64,000 nucleotides of DNA. Origin: an uncultured Dehalococcoidia bacterium (GTDB lineage Bacteria > Chloroflexota > Dehalococcoidia > Lucifugimonadales > UBA826). Made by a program: the position numbers and the translations under genes. Of this stretch, positions 1 through 10,516 are shown piece after piece. The DNA lies in assembly GCA_964602845.1 (NCBI GenBank), contig CAZRSW010000010.1, forward strand, positions 1,076 to 65,075, written 5' to 3'. The notes beneath the pieces were generated by a model. The model was not told where the DNA came from and did no database searches. It saw nothing but the letters and a program-made list of their open reading frames with translations. How positions within the stretch are numbered: the first letter of the stretch is position 1; the number at the start of each line of letters is the position of its first letter.

Positions 1-142
1 GAGTTGACTCGGCAATTTAGAAGAGCGAGGAGGATGCTCTAACATATTGCAAGGAAATGTTTAGCTAGCAATTGGAGTTGATTTGCGTTCGGACTTTGGT
101 AGGGGGCTTCTGCATAAGAGGTAATAAAGGGGTTCTTAAGCG

Positions 143-1315
143 ATGATAGAAAGTTATGGAAGCCTTTACGCCGGCCATGTGGATTTTGATCATATAGGAT
201 TTGATGCGGCACCAGTGAATGAACGTTGGTTATCTGAGGAGGCCCTGAATACGGTTTACAGCAAAGCCGAATCGATAGCAAAGGTCATGGACATTAATGG
301 GTTTGATATCTTTTGGTTGGCTGAGCATCATTTCCAACCAGAGGGCTATGAATGTATCCCCAATGTCTTGATGACAGCAGTGCATCTATCCCACCTAACA
401 GAAAATATCCGACTTGGATGCGGGTTTAATATAGCTCCCATGTGGCACCCTCTTCGACTTGCAGAGGATTACGCCACCGCAGATATACTCACTAATGGGC
501 GGGTGGTTTTCGGCGTAGGACGCGGTTATCATACGAGGGAAGTTGAAGTGTTTGGGCAACCAATGTTGGATGTGGAGGCAAACAGGGAGCTGTTTGAAGA
601 ACAGGTTGAAGTTATTTACAAAGCTTTCAACGACACATCCTTTTCTCATGTTGGGAAAGAGTATGTGATTCCGCCGAGAGTTCCCTACAGAGGATATGAT
701 TTGAATAACATAACATTGGTTCCTCGTCCGATTAACAGACCCGTCGATTGTTGGCAGCCGATTGTGAGTGCTAGTGAGAGAAGCATGCGATTTATGGCAA
801 AACATAAAATGAAGGGTATTATCGGAGGAGGCGCGGCAGTTGGAGGGGCCAGAGAGAAGGTCATTCGTGACTGGCAGGCTATTCAGGCCGAATATGGTAT
901 ACATACCGAACTCGGTGGGAATTTGTGCATGGGTTTTTCGTTTCATATCGCCGATACCGCAGATAAGGCCATCGATGAGGCGAGGCCATTTTATGAGGAA
1001 AATATGAAAATGTTTGCCCCACTGGGTTTCGTTGGAGGGCTTACTGACGATCAAATTTTGGCGATTGACAAAGGCGGGGAAACAGCGCGCAATGCCAATC
1101 TTCCAACATTGGAAGATGCAGTAGCCTCGGGTAGTTGGATTGTAGGAACGGCCGATTCCATCGCAGAAAAATTACTTGACATTCAAGAGAGATATCCAGG
1201 TCTCAAAACTGTAAATGTAAGCCAAGTTGTTGGTACTCCTGAAAACGTTGTTGTGGAGCAATTGGAACGGTTTGGGAAGGATGTAATTCCGCTAGTAAAA
1301 AGTACGAACGGCTAA
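143..1315 (+). CDS. LLM-class (luciferase-like) flavin-dependent oxidoreductase
   Basis: 390-aa ORF. The FDIFWLAEHHFQPEGY and GVGRGYH motifs are typical of luciferase-like monooxygenase TIM barrels. Confidence 0.85.
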   Translation: MIESYGSLYAGHVDFDHIGFDAAPVNERWLSEEALNTVYSKAESIAKVMDINGFDIFWLAEHHFQPEGYECIPNVLMTAVHLSHLTENIRLGCGFNIAPMWHPLRLAEDYATADILTNGRVVFGVGRGYHTREVEVFGQPMLDVEANRELFEEQVEVIYKAFNDTSFSHVGKEYVIPPRVPYRGYDLNNITLVPRPINRPVDCWQPIVSASERSMRFMAKHKMKGIIGGGAAVGGAREKVIRDWQAIQAEYGIHTELGGNLCMGFSFHIADTADKAIDEARPFYEENMKMFAPLGFVGGLTDDQILAIDKGGETARNANLPTLEDAVASGSWIVGTADSIAEKLLDIQERYPGLKTVNVSQVVGTPENVVVEQLERFGKDVIPLVKSTNG

Positions 1316-1382
1316 AGCGTTGACAGAATGGAAGGCCAACGAGGATTTAGTTATTTCGAATGATGAAAAAGAAAGTGTATAA

Positions 1383-2081
1383 ATGGTGAAAATGTCTGGT
1401 AGGAAGATTTTAGTGATCACACCACATCCCGATGATGCGGAAAGCGGTGCGGGAGGAACCATTGCCAAATGGTCGGAAGAGGGTGCCACCGTAGTGTTAA
1501 TCGTCTGTACCAATGGCAACAAGGGTACAGATGATCGTTCCAAAAGCTCTTCTGAGATTGCGGAAATTCGTCGTAGAGAACAAGCTGACGCCGCAAAGAT
1601 TTTGGGTATCACGAACGTAATATTTCTTGATCATGATGATCAGGAGTTGCATGATAATGATGCGTTTAGACAGGAATTGGTTCGTGAGATAAGAACTCAT
1701 CGTCCTGATGTAGTTGTTACGATAGATCCGGAGAGGAGGTGGATCAGGCACAGAGACCATTTTGTAACAGGTAGAGTTGCCTTGGATGCTGTTTTCCCTT
1801 ACGCAAGGGACCATCTAGCTTATCCCCTCATGCTAGATGATGGCTTAGAGCCCCATAAAGTTAAGGAGGTCTATCTTTGGGGGAGTGACGAGCCTGATGT
1901 TTTTATTGATGTGGATGGTACCTTCGATAAGAAAGTTGACGCGCTATATTGCCATGTAAGTCAGATGAGTACTTCACGTGAAGATGGGTTGAAGCGTTTG
2001 AGAGATAGGTTCTCAGAATATGGTTGGAAAGTTAACGCCTCAGTAGCGGAACCATTCAAACTACTTCGATTGGGGAGATAA
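1383..2081 (+). CDS. PIG-L/LmbE family deacetylase
   Basis: 232-aa ORF with ILVITPHPDDAESGAGGTIAKW at the N-terminus and a downstream HRDH motif. Confidence 0.85.
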   Translation: MVKMSGRKILVITPHPDDAESGAGGTIAKWSEEGATVVLIVCTNGNKGTDDRSKSSSEIAEIRRREQADAAKILGITNVIFLDHDDQELHDNDAFRQELVREIRTHRPDVVVTIDPERRWIRHRDHFVTGRVALDAVFPYARDHLAYPLMLDDGLEPHKVKEVYLWGSDEPDVFIDVDGTFDKKVDALYCHVSQMSTSREDGLKRLRDRFSEYGWKVNASVAEPFKLLRLGR

Positions 2082-2167
2082 TGTAACATTCTAAAGCCTT
2101 AAAGATAGTTTGGGATATCTACACGGATTACATGGTAAGGGTCACTAGGAGGTCGAATTCCAAAAAG

Positions 2168-2932
2168 CTATCCGGATTGTTGGTTGGCTGATTCAGCCGA
2201 GTCTTGTGGGATGAAGCCGATAATTTTTTTGGCGTGTTCCAAATCCCGGTAGTTCCATTTATTATCTGATGTAGCAAAGAATATATCGTATCTCAGCGTG
2301 TCTGGTGCTTCTATGCATAGTTTCAATATCTGGCAGGCATCACGGTGGCTTAGATATATTGATTGCTGTCTGGTCTCGAGAGGCTTATTCTGCTTTGTAA
2401 CTGATCCGATACGAACACAGAGAATTGACATGTCGTGAGACTCTGAAAAATGACGCCCGAGTGCTTCTCCCCATACTTTGGTTGCTCCATATATATCTGC
2501 TGGTCTTATGTCTTTGTGCGAAACCTTTCTGTATTCAGACGGTACATTTTCGTAATTGCCCGTAGCAATCTCACTGTAAGGATGTATTTTTTCGAATCCT
2601 CTTATGGTACTTCCACTGCTAGCAAAAACGACTCTTTTCACGCCGGATAGTCGAGCTGCCTCATAAACGTTATAGGTACCAATGAGGTTTGTAGGCAATA
2701 AATCTTCGAATTTAGATGAGCTAAGGTTGGCGGCTAAGTGAACCACCACGTCCTGCCCCTTGAAGGCTGGGAGTATTGATTCAAGATCTGATATGTCGCT
2801 TTGGTACGTATGTATTCCAGGGACTTCACTTCTATTCAGGGCAGTCAGAATATAGTCATCCACCCCAGATAGATACGTTCGTAACAACCCCCCTATCAGA
2901 CCGCTCATTCCAGTGACCAGAACCTTTGTCAC
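2168..2932 (-). CDS. NAD-dependent epimerase/dehydratase family (extended SDR)
   Basis: 254-aa ORF with a Rossmann VLVTGMSGLIGG motif and a YGATK (YxxxK) catalytic motif. Confidence 0.8.
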   Translation of the reverse strand: MTKVLVTGMSGLIGGLLRTYLSGVDDYILTALNRSEVPGIHTYQSDISDLESILPAFKGQDVVVHLAANLSSSKFEDLLPTNLIGTYNVYEAARLSGVKRVVFASSGSTIRGFEKIHPYSEIATGNYENVPSEYRKVSHKDIRPADIYGATKVWGEALGRHFSESHDMSILCVRIGSVTKQNKPLETRQQSIYLSHRDACQILKLCIEAPDTLRYDIFFATSDNKWNYRDLEHAKKIIGFIPQDSAESANQQSG

Positions 2933-3072
2933 GTTATTTTTCTCATTTTGGTACGGGCTGTACCCTGTTTTAATAACAAAAGTTCTATGGCAATTAAGTA
3001 CATCTTATCGAGCACGGAATCTGGAATTTATTAAGACGACTAATCTTTGCTCACCTGTCCTAATATGTGTAT

Positions 3073-5310
3073 TCACGATGTAATAGAGGCCCTTATTGAA
3101 CCTGGCTTCAAGGGGAGTTCAGTTATTCGTTGCCCAGTTGCGTGATAGATCGCGTTGGCAATAGCAGCTAGAGGTGGGACTATTGCTACCTCGCCAACAC
3201 CTCGAACCCCATAAGGATGTAGAGGATTAGCGACTTCGACAATCACGGTATCGATCATTGGTAAGTCAAGGGACGTTGGCATTCTATAGTCGAGGAAACT
3301 GGAATTTGCCATGGCCCCATCTTCATTCATGAAATATTCTTCGTTTAGTGCCCAGCCTATGCCTTGCACTACTCCACCTTGAATTTGGCCTTCTACATAG
3401 CTTGGATGGATGGCCTTTCCCGCGTCTTGTATTGCTGTATATCTTAATATGTCTACTTTGCCTGTTTCGGGATCGACCTCGACATCCACTATGTGTGTTG
3501 CAAAAGCACTTCCTGGACCTCGGGGATCCAAATTTGCTCTTCCGACCACTGGCCCCCCAGTATCTGGTAATCGTTCCGCTAGCTCTGCAAATGTAAGCCT
3601 CAAAGCTTCATCTGAGGTATGCTTAAATATCCCATCGACGAGTTCAATTTCATCAATAGAAGCTTCCCAGACTTCGGCAGCTCTTTCAATCATCTGTCTC
3701 TTCACGTCTTGTGCGGCCTCATAGCTTGCCCATCCACTCTTAAAAGCGCCTCCACTTCCCCCTGTCATAGACGTGTAACCGATAGTGTCTGTATCGCCAA
3801 CCTGTGGGTTAATATTTTCCACGGGTATCCCTAGCACTTCCGATGCGTGCTGGGCCGCTACCGGGCGTAGACCTCCGATGTCCATAGAGCCTATCGTCAA
3901 ATTAACAGTTCCATCGAAATTAACATTGGCTGTAGCACACGCTGCTCCACTCCCGTTGATCCAAAAACCTGAGGCTACCCCCCTGCCTTGGTTGATCCCC
4001 TTTAATGGCGTTGAATAATGACTGTGATTTTTTGCAGCCTGAGTGGTTTCTATACAGCCGATTACTGGATTTGTTATACCAGCAGCACGCATCGTGCCTT
4101 CTTTTGCACCATTCATAAGCCTTAGATCTAGAGGGTCCATCCCTAATTTTTCGGCTATCTCGTCAACAATTGTTTCTGCAGCTAAGGATCCGAGAGGTGC
4201 ACCGGGAGCACGATATGCCGTTGTTTTAGGTTTATTCACTACAACGTCATAACCATTAATCAGTATATTTTGCACGTCGTATGGGGTAAATATGCATTGG
4301 GCTGCTGCTCCCACAGGAGATCCGGGAAAGGCACCGGCCTCGAATTTCAGATCAGCTTGCGCTGCGATGAGGTGGCCGTCATTTGTCGCCCCCATCTTTA
4401 CTCTCATGTAGCATCCCGATGTTGGCCCGGATGCCTCCAAGACTTCTGATCTAGTCATTGTCACTCTGACAGGAGCACCTGACTGTTTAGAAAGCATCGC
4501 AGAAATCGGCTCCAAGTATATGGTGGTTTTTCCGCCAAACCCGCCACCGATTTCCATAGGGACAACTTTGATGTCGGAATAGGGGATACCAAGGACTAGC
4601 GATGTTCTGTCCCTGATTTGGAAATGGCCTTGTGAGCTACCCCAGATCGTTACCTTGTTATTGGGTGTCCACCAACCTGTTGCGGAATGTGGCTCAATGT
4701 AACCTTGGTGAACCGTTGCGGTTCTGAATTCCCTTTCTATGACGATGTCGGAGTCTCTGAACCCACTTTCTACATTGCCGATCTCTAGCTTGGTGTGTCC
4801 GGCAGTATTGTTCTTATAGCTTGCATGCAACTGTGGAGCATCATCTTTCAGTGCAGAATCTACGTTACTGACTGAGTCCAGTACTTCGTATCGGACGTCG
4901 ATGAGTTTAAGGGCTTCCTCTGCAGCGTGCACAGATATGGCCGCAACCGCGGCAACAGGATGCCCCTTGTACAGAACTTTGTCTCCCGCCAGTATGTTGT
5001 CTGTTTGTTGCTTTAGATTTATAGGAGGACCAGGTATTTCCGTGACTGATTTGTCTTGATGAGTAGGAAAATCAGATGAGGTAATTACCGCAGATACATC
5101 GGGGTGATTAACTGCCTTTGACACATCGATTGAGATAATTTTGGCATGAGCATGGGGGCTCCTGAGTACCTTGCCTTCTTGTAACCCTGGTAAGTTCACG
5201 TCTGCTCCGTATAGAGCCTTACCGGTCACCTTATCATACCCGTCATGGCGTATTGGCCTTTTACCTACAGAACTAAATTCCTTATTTGAAAGGACTATGT
5301 TGGATGTCAT
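3073..5310 (-). CDS. xanthine dehydrogenase/aldehyde oxidase family molybdopterin-binding subunit
   Basis: 745-aa ORF with IGGGFGGKT and GQIQGGVVQGIGWAL motifs characteristic of CoxL/XdhB-type Mo-binding subunits. Confidence 0.85.
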   Translation of the reverse strand: MTSNIVLSNKEFSSVGKRPIRHDGYDKVTGKALYGADVNLPGLQEGKVLRSPHAHAKIISIDVSKAVNHPDVSAVITSSDFPTHQDKSVTEIPGPPINLKQQTDNILAGDKVLYKGHPVAAVAAISVHAAEEALKLIDVRYEVLDSVSNVDSALKDDAPQLHASYKNNTAGHTKLEIGNVESGFRDSDIVIEREFRTATVHQGYIEPHSATGWWTPNNKVTIWGSSQGHFQIRDRTSLVLGIPYSDIKVVPMEIGGGFGGKTTIYLEPISAMLSKQSGAPVRVTMTRSEVLEASGPTSGCYMRVKMGATNDGHLIAAQADLKFEAGAFPGSPVGAAAQCIFTPYDVQNILINGYDVVVNKPKTTAYRAPGAPLGSLAAETIVDEIAEKLGMDPLDLRLMNGAKEGTMRAAGITNPVIGCIETTQAAKNHSHYSTPLKGINQGRGVASGFWINGSGAACATANVNFDGTVNLTIGSMDIGGLRPVAAQHASEVLGIPVENINPQVGDTDTIGYTSMTGGSGGAFKSGWASYEAAQDVKRQMIERAAEVWEASIDEIELVDGIFKHTSDEALRLTFAELAERLPDTGGPVVGRANLDPRGPGSAFATHIVDVEVDPETGKVDILRYTAIQDAGKAIHPSYVEGQIQGGVVQGIGWALNEEYFMNEDGAMANSSFLDYRMPTSLDLPMIDTVIVEVANPLHPYGVRGVGEVAIVPPLAAIANAIYHATGQRITELPLKPGSIRASITS

Positions 5311-5573
5311 ATGCCGTGCTACCCTCCAAGTGAAAATATCTCACTACAGTCGTTAAATTGCCAAAAAATATCGACTCAAAGTCTGATGATTAGTTGGACC
5401 AGATTTGTACGCGATTGTATCACAGAAATGTTCGTGCAAAATGATAAACTTTGGAGGCTGTATGGTATACTGCGAGTGCTCTAATTTGGCGGGACTGATC
5501 CGCCATTTTTGGTCTTAATCGATTTCTCTAAAATTTTGGAGAGGACGGCTTTTAGTAGGGGAGTTTCCTATTA

Positions 5574-6779
5574 ATGTTTGAAATTATACAAGGTGGCGGA
5601 GTGACTACAGCTCTGGGGTTTAAAGCTGGGGCAGTTTCTGCCGGGTTAAAGATGGAGACAGGAGTTCTTGATATGGGGCTTCTAGTTTCTGACATGCGAG
5701 CAGCAGTGGCCGCTACTTTTACCACTAACAGTATTGAATCTCCCTCGGTCACTGTAAGCAGGAGGAGACTGAAGAAGGGTTATACAAGGGGAGTGATTGC
5801 CAACAGTGGTTGTGCAAATTGCGCCGTGGGTTCCCAAGGTCTCTTAGATGCTGAGGAAATGTCCAGTTTGGCTGCCGACTCAATTGGTGTAGAGAGTGAT
5901 GAATTATTTGTCGCTAGCACAGGCATGATTGGTGTTGAATTGCCCATGGCTCTCATCAGGCAGAATATGGGGAACATCGTGTTGACCGAATCCGGTGGTA
6001 CGGATTTTTCGAAATCCATTATGACGACAGATTCCCATAATAAGGAGATAGCTGTTTCATTCACAGTAGATGGGAAGTCTGCCAGATTAGGTGGAGCAGC
6101 CAAAGGGGTTGGGATGATTCACCCCAACATGGCGACCATGCTGTGTTTTATGACAACAGACGCTAATGTTGAACCTCAATTTCTGCAAGACTCTCTGTCC
6201 GAAGCAGTAGGGGGATCATTTAACATGATCGATGTGGATGGGGATCAGAGCACTAATGATACTGTGATTATCTTGGCAAATGGTGCTTCAGGCAGTTCCA
6301 TTATTGAGAAGGACACCGATGCTGCGATGGCATTTACTGAGGCACTCAGATATGTGACGACTGAACTTGCTAAGGAGTTGGTAAGGGATGGTGAAGGTGC
6401 CCAAAGATTGATGGAAGTGATGGTCGAGGGTGCTTTGACATCAGAGGAGGCGAAAAAGGCCGCCAGATCTGTAGTGTCATCCCTTCTGGTTAAGTCCATG
6501 CTTCATGGGCAGGATCCGAACTGGGGACGCATAATGATGGCCATTGGCAAGGCAGGAGTTCAACTGGATGAGAATAAGCTGGATATTTATGTAAGTGATA
6601 TTCATATTGTTCATCAGGGTGTGGCAATACCTTATTACAAAGACGCTGTAGTATCTGCCATGGGCAGCGAGGAGGTTACCTTCCGGGTGGCTTTGAACCT
6701 TGGCCAAGCTTCTGCGGTTGCTTGGGGTTGTGATTTAACAGAAGAATATGTGATTTTCAATTCCGCTTATAGTACTTAA
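5574..6779 (+). CDS. argJ: bifunctional glutamate N-acetyltransferase/amino-acid acetyltransferase
   Basis: 401-aa ORF with the ArgJ autoprocessing region HPNMATMLCFMTTDA and the C-terminal INSAYST-like end. Confidence 0.95.
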   Translation: MFEIIQGGGVTTALGFKAGAVSAGLKMETGVLDMGLLVSDMRAAVAATFTTNSIESPSVTVSRRRLKKGYTRGVIANSGCANCAVGSQGLLDAEEMSSLAADSIGVESDELFVASTGMIGVELPMALIRQNMGNIVLTESGGTDFSKSIMTTDSHNKEIAVSFTVDGKSARLGGAAKGVGMIHPNMATMLCFMTTDANVEPQFLQDSLSEAVGGSFNMIDVDGDQSTNDTVIILANGASGSSIIEKDTDAAMAFTEALRYVTTELAKELVRDGEGAQRLMEVMVEGALTSEEAKKAARSVVSSLLVKSMLHGQDPNWGRIMMAIGKAGVQLDENKLDIYVSDIHIVHQGVAIPYYKDAVVSAMGSEEVTFRVALNLGQASAVAWGCDLTEEYVIFNSAYST

Positions 6780-6815
6780 AATATGCTAGTTAGCGGGTTG
6801 ACGGAATAGATATAT

Positions 6816-7721
6816 ATGCGTGCAAGCAATAAGAGAGAACCCAGTAACTTCGGAAATTGTGATGTGAGATTTCCCGATACTCATGGATGCGAGGAATTCT
6901 ACCCCGATGTAGAGTCTCAGGGGAATTATGAGGAAGGCCACGAAAAACCGACCATACTGGTTAAGATAGGCGGTAGTACTTTTGGAAGTGGAGACACGAC
7001 CATTGAAGATCTGGTCAATTTGCAAAAACAGGGTGATCAGGTGATAGTCGTCCATGGGGGCGGTAGGACTATTAGTGAGTGGATGGATAATCAAGGCATA
7101 AGGCCAAAATTTATTGGTGGGTTAAGAGTTACGGATCTTCGGAGTCTTGATATTGCAGTATCAGTATTGGCAGGTTTGATTAACAAGTCATTGGTGGCCT
7201 CCATTAATCTGAGAGGAGGGAAAGCAATAGGTCTCTCTGGAGTTGATGGGGCAATGATTCAGGCGGAAAAAGCCAATAACGATCTTGGGTATGTTGGACG
7301 GATCAAGTCTGTGGATGTTGGTCCTTTGAGACACGTTCTGGATTCTGGGTATATACCAGTTGTAGCTCCCATTGGTATTGACCTGTCTCGCGATGTTGGG
7401 CAAGATGGGGAAATGTTGAACATTAATGCTGATACTGTTGCTGGAAAGTTGTCTGAAGCTATGAAGGCCGACAAAATGGTCTTCCTTACAGATGTGACAG
7501 GGGTGCTTGATTCATCGAATCGTCTTATTAGCCGTATTACTGAGCGCCAGGCCTCAACGCTTGTCAGATCAAAAGTAATCGCTGGTGGAATGATACCCAA
7601 AATCGAGGCGTGTCTTTCTGCTGTGAAGGCTGGAGGAGCGTCTTATATTGTTGACGGCCGGGAACCGCGGGCATTAGGCAGGGCGTTATCCGGTCAAGTA
7701 TTGGGAACGCGAATAGGGTAA
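6816..7721 (+). CDS. argB: acetylglutamate kinase
   Basis: 301-aa ORF with amino-acid kinase motifs ILVKIGGS, VVHGGG and NINADT. The exact start is uncertain because the N-terminal ~40 aa are not conserved-looking. Confidence 0.9.
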   Translation: MRASNKREPSNFGNCDVRFPDTHGCEEFYPDVESQGNYEEGHEKPTILVKIGGSTFGSGDTTIEDLVNLQKQGDQVIVVHGGGRTISEWMDNQGIRPKFIGGLRVTDLRSLDIAVSVLAGLINKSLVASINLRGGKAIGLSGVDGAMIQAEKANNDLGYVGRIKSVDVGPLRHVLDSGYIPVVAPIGIDLSRDVGQDGEMLNINADTVAGKLSEAMKADKMVFLTDVTGVLDSSNRLISRITERQASTLVRSKVIAGGMIPKIEACLSAVKAGGASYIVDGREPRALGRALSGQVLGTRIG

Positions 7722-7730
7722 TTATTTAGA

Positions 7731-10499
7731 ATGTCTACTTCCCCGTTCCCCAATTTTGATCCAAATACCTTGAGTGCAATGATGCGCGGGCGAGTCAAAT
7801 GGATTGTGTTGGCAGTGGCAGTGGTTGGGTTGTTTTTTCTCGTTTCTTTTCTCAGATCCGTCTATGCGGATTTACTTTGGTTTAATGAACTTGGGTATAA
7901 GGGTGTTTATCAAAAGGTCATAGTTGTCAGGGTGGTACTGTTCGTCGTTGGTGCTTTAATAGCTGGCGTTGTTTTTGCTGTTAACCTCTATTTCGCACAG
8001 AGGGCGATTGGGGGCCTAAGTAAGCTTTCAGCAGATGGGATTTCTTTGATCGCGAGGCCCTTGATATTAAGCTTTACGATTATTGCTATTTTGGTGATCT
8101 CTTTAATTTTCGGAGTATTGTTATCAACCCATTGGGAATTATTCCTGAGATTTACCAATTCAACATCGTTTGGCATCCTTGATCCGGTATATGACAAGGA
8201 TGTAGGCTTTTATATTTTTCAGCTTCCTCTTTATTCTGTCATTCGTTCGTGGTTATTGATTTTAAGTTTGGCGTCGCTCGTGTCGGTCGGGGTGCTCGCG
8301 TTTGTTAATTTCACTGCTCGGGGAGAAAGGTTTGTAATTCCATCCGGTCTTAAGATACATATGATTGCGGTGGGATCTGTTGTAGTACTGGTAGCTGCTG
8401 CTGGTCAGATCATAGGGATGTATCATCTGGTTCACTCGGATGATGGAGTTGTTTATGGTGCAACATATGCAGACGTAAATGCAAAGAAAATGGCCTACTT
8501 AGTGACAGCAGTACTTGGCGTTTTTGTTGCTATTGTGATGCTAGTAGGTGCATTCGTCGATAGGATCAGGATTGTTGTCGGGGTCGTAGGCTTGTGGGTC
8601 GCACTCATCATCATTTTGGGTTCTGCCTGGCCTAGTGTAATCCAAGAACTGTCAGTAAACCCCAACGAATACGTTAAGGAAAAAGAATTTATTGAAGATA
8701 ATATGCGCTTTACCAGTATTGGTTATGGGCTCGATCAAGTGTCAGAATCATTCTATCAGGCGGAAGGGAAGATCACGGCAAAACTTGTTGAGGAAAACAA
8801 GAAGACCGTCGAGAATATCAGACTATGGGATCATCGACCATTGACCGATGTTTATAGGCAAATTCAGTTGATCCGTCCATATTATGAATTTATAGATGCT
8901 GATGTTGATAGATACACGATTAATGGTGATTATCGACAGGTTATGCTTGCGGCCCGGGAGGTTGCTCCTGAAAAACTAGCAGATGAGGCCCAGACCTGGG
9001 TGAACAGGAAGCTCTTTTACACTCATGGGATTGGTCTAGCGATGAGTCCAGTGACGGAGTTCACCCAAGAAGGAAGACCGGAGTTCTTCGCCAAGGATAT
9101 CCCCGCAGATGGGCAGATACCGATTATGGATCCTGATTCGGACGGTTCCCCCGATTTAATCGTTGAAAATCCGAGGATCTATTATGGAGAATCAGTAGAG
9201 AACTATGTAATCGTTAATACCAACACTGCGGAGCTGGATTATCAAACTGGTGCCGGGGATCTGATTAAGGCTCATTATCAGGGTTCGGGAGGTGTGCAAG
9301 TAGGATCATTCTTGCGTAAATTGGTCTACGCATGGCAAATGAGAGATGTGAATATACTGATAAGTGACGAATTACGAGAAGATAGCAGAATTCAGTATCG
9401 AAGAAATATCCAAGAGAGGGTCAAAACCATAGCGCCATACTTGTCATTAGATAAGGATCCTTATGCGGTTGTGGCTGATGGACAGGTGTTTTGGGTACAA
9501 GACGCTTATGCGACATCCGACTCATTTCCGTATTCGGACCCTTTTGCATCTGAGGAGACTGGCGAGAGCTTCAACTATATAAGAAATAGCGTAAAAATAA
9601 TAATTAATGCATATAACGGTAACGTTGATTTTTATATATGGGATAAGGGAGACCCAATCGCGGCTACGTACTCTAAAATATTTCCAGATCTCTATCTGGA
9701 TGGTGACTCCATGCCTGAATCAATCAAAGCTCATATACGTTATCCACAAGGGTACTTTCAAACACAGGCAGAGAAATATGTGAGATATCACATGAAGGAT
9801 TCTCAGAACTTTTATGGGAACGAAGATTTGTGGTCGTTTCCCAACGAGAAATTTGGCCAAGGCGAAACTCTTCAGCGTGTCAAGCCATATTATGTGATGA
9901 TGAGGTTACCTGGCGAATATAAAGAGGAATTTGTATTGCTTCTCCCTTATACACCAGTTGGTAGGCCAAACATGGTAGGATGGCTCGCGGCTAGGAGCGA
10001 CGGTGATAATTACGGTAAACTTGTGGCTTTTAATTTTCCTAAAGATCGGCAAGTTGATGGGCCGGAGCAAGTTGAAGCTAGAATTGATAATGATCAGGAT
10101 ATATCAGCGTGGTTCACGTTGAGGTGTGCCGAGGGTTCTACTTGTATAAGGGGCAATTTGTTGGTGATACCCATTGGGGACAGTATATTGTACGCAGAAC
10201 CCGTTTATATTCAGGCAGAAGGAGTCAGTTTTCCTGAACTGAAGAAAGTTATATTAGCGTCATCTGATACTGTAGTTATGGAAGATTCTCTGGCCCAAGC
10301 GATATTCTCGCTGAGTGGCTCGGATAGTTTGTCCGTTAAATCACCTCCGGAACAAATTGGGGGAATCAAAGACACCCATAAAGTTACTGATGGGGAAGAG
10401 AGCCCGTTGAAATCCGGAATTGAAAATTTGGAAGATACAATCCAGCGACTGAAAAAAGCCTTAGATTCTTTGGAAGATGCTCTGGAAGGCATTAAATGA
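7731..10499 (+). CDS. UPF0182 family membrane protein
   Basis: 922-aa ORF with about 7 N-terminal TM helices, an LLWFNELGY motif, a large soluble domain and a C-terminal coiled-coil-like tail. This matches the architecture of UPF0182 proteins. Confidence 0.8.
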   Translation: MSTSPFPNFDPNTLSAMMRGRVKWIVLAVAVVGLFFLVSFLRSVYADLLWFNELGYKGVYQKVIVVRVVLFVVGALIAGVVFAVNLYFAQRAIGGLSKLSADGISLIARPLILSFTIIAILVISLIFGVLLSTHWELFLRFTNSTSFGILDPVYDKDVGFYIFQLPLYSVIRSWLLILSLASLVSVGVLAFVNFTARGERFVIPSGLKIHMIAVGSVVVLVAAAGQIIGMYHLVHSDDGVVYGATYADVNAKKMAYLVTAVLGVFVAIVMLVGAFVDRIRIVVGVVGLWVALIIILGSAWPSVIQELSVNPNEYVKEKEFIEDNMRFTSIGYGLDQVSESFYQAEGKITAKLVEENKKTVENIRLWDHRPLTDVYRQIQLIRPYYEFIDADVDRYTINGDYRQVMLAAREVAPEKLADEAQTWVNRKLFYTHGIGLAMSPVTEFTQEGRPEFFAKDIPADGQIPIMDPDSDGSPDLIVENPRIYYGESVENYVIVNTNTAELDYQTGAGDLIKAHYQGSGGVQVGSFLRKLVYAWQMRDVNILISDELREDSRIQYRRNIQERVKTIAPYLSLDKDPYAVVADGQVFWVQDAYATSDSFPYSDPFASEETGESFNYIRNSVKIIINAYNGNVDFYIWDKGDPIAATYSKIFPDLYLDGDSMPESIKAHIRYPQGYFQTQAEKYVRYHMKDSQNFYGNEDLWSFPNEKFGQGETLQRVKPYYVMMRLPGEYKEEFVLLLPYTPVGRPNMVGWLAARSDGDNYGKLVAFNFPKDRQVDGPEQVEARIDNDQDISAWFTLRCAEGSTCIRGNLLVIPIGDSILYAEPVYIQAEGVSFPELKKVILASSDTVVMEDSLAQAIFSLSGSDSLSVKSPPEQIGGIKDTHKVTDGEESPLKSGIENLEDTIQRLKKALDSLEDALEGIK

Positions 10500-10516
10500 A
10501 AATGGGAGGTAGTTAG

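Noticed and set aside
395-1054. Long antisense or shadow ORFs inside well-supported genes: 395-1054 (minus), 11191-11865 (minus), 17558-17953 (minus), 46217-46630 (minus), 52093-52548 (minus), 63307-63819 (plus).
   Set aside because: Each lies entirely opposite a gene with strong family motifs. Their translations are low-complexity or Ser/Pro/Arg-rich with no recognisable domains.
5455-5513. An extended -10-like TGGTATACT, an 18-codon upstream ORF (MVYCECSNLAGLIRHFWS) with a GGAGG, and a GGCGG-N7-CCGCC-ATTTTT hairpin ahead of argJ. This could be an arginine attenuator.
   Set aside because: The peptide has only one Arg codon. The hairpin is only 5 bp. I found no alternative antiterminator pairing. 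The evidence is too weak to call.
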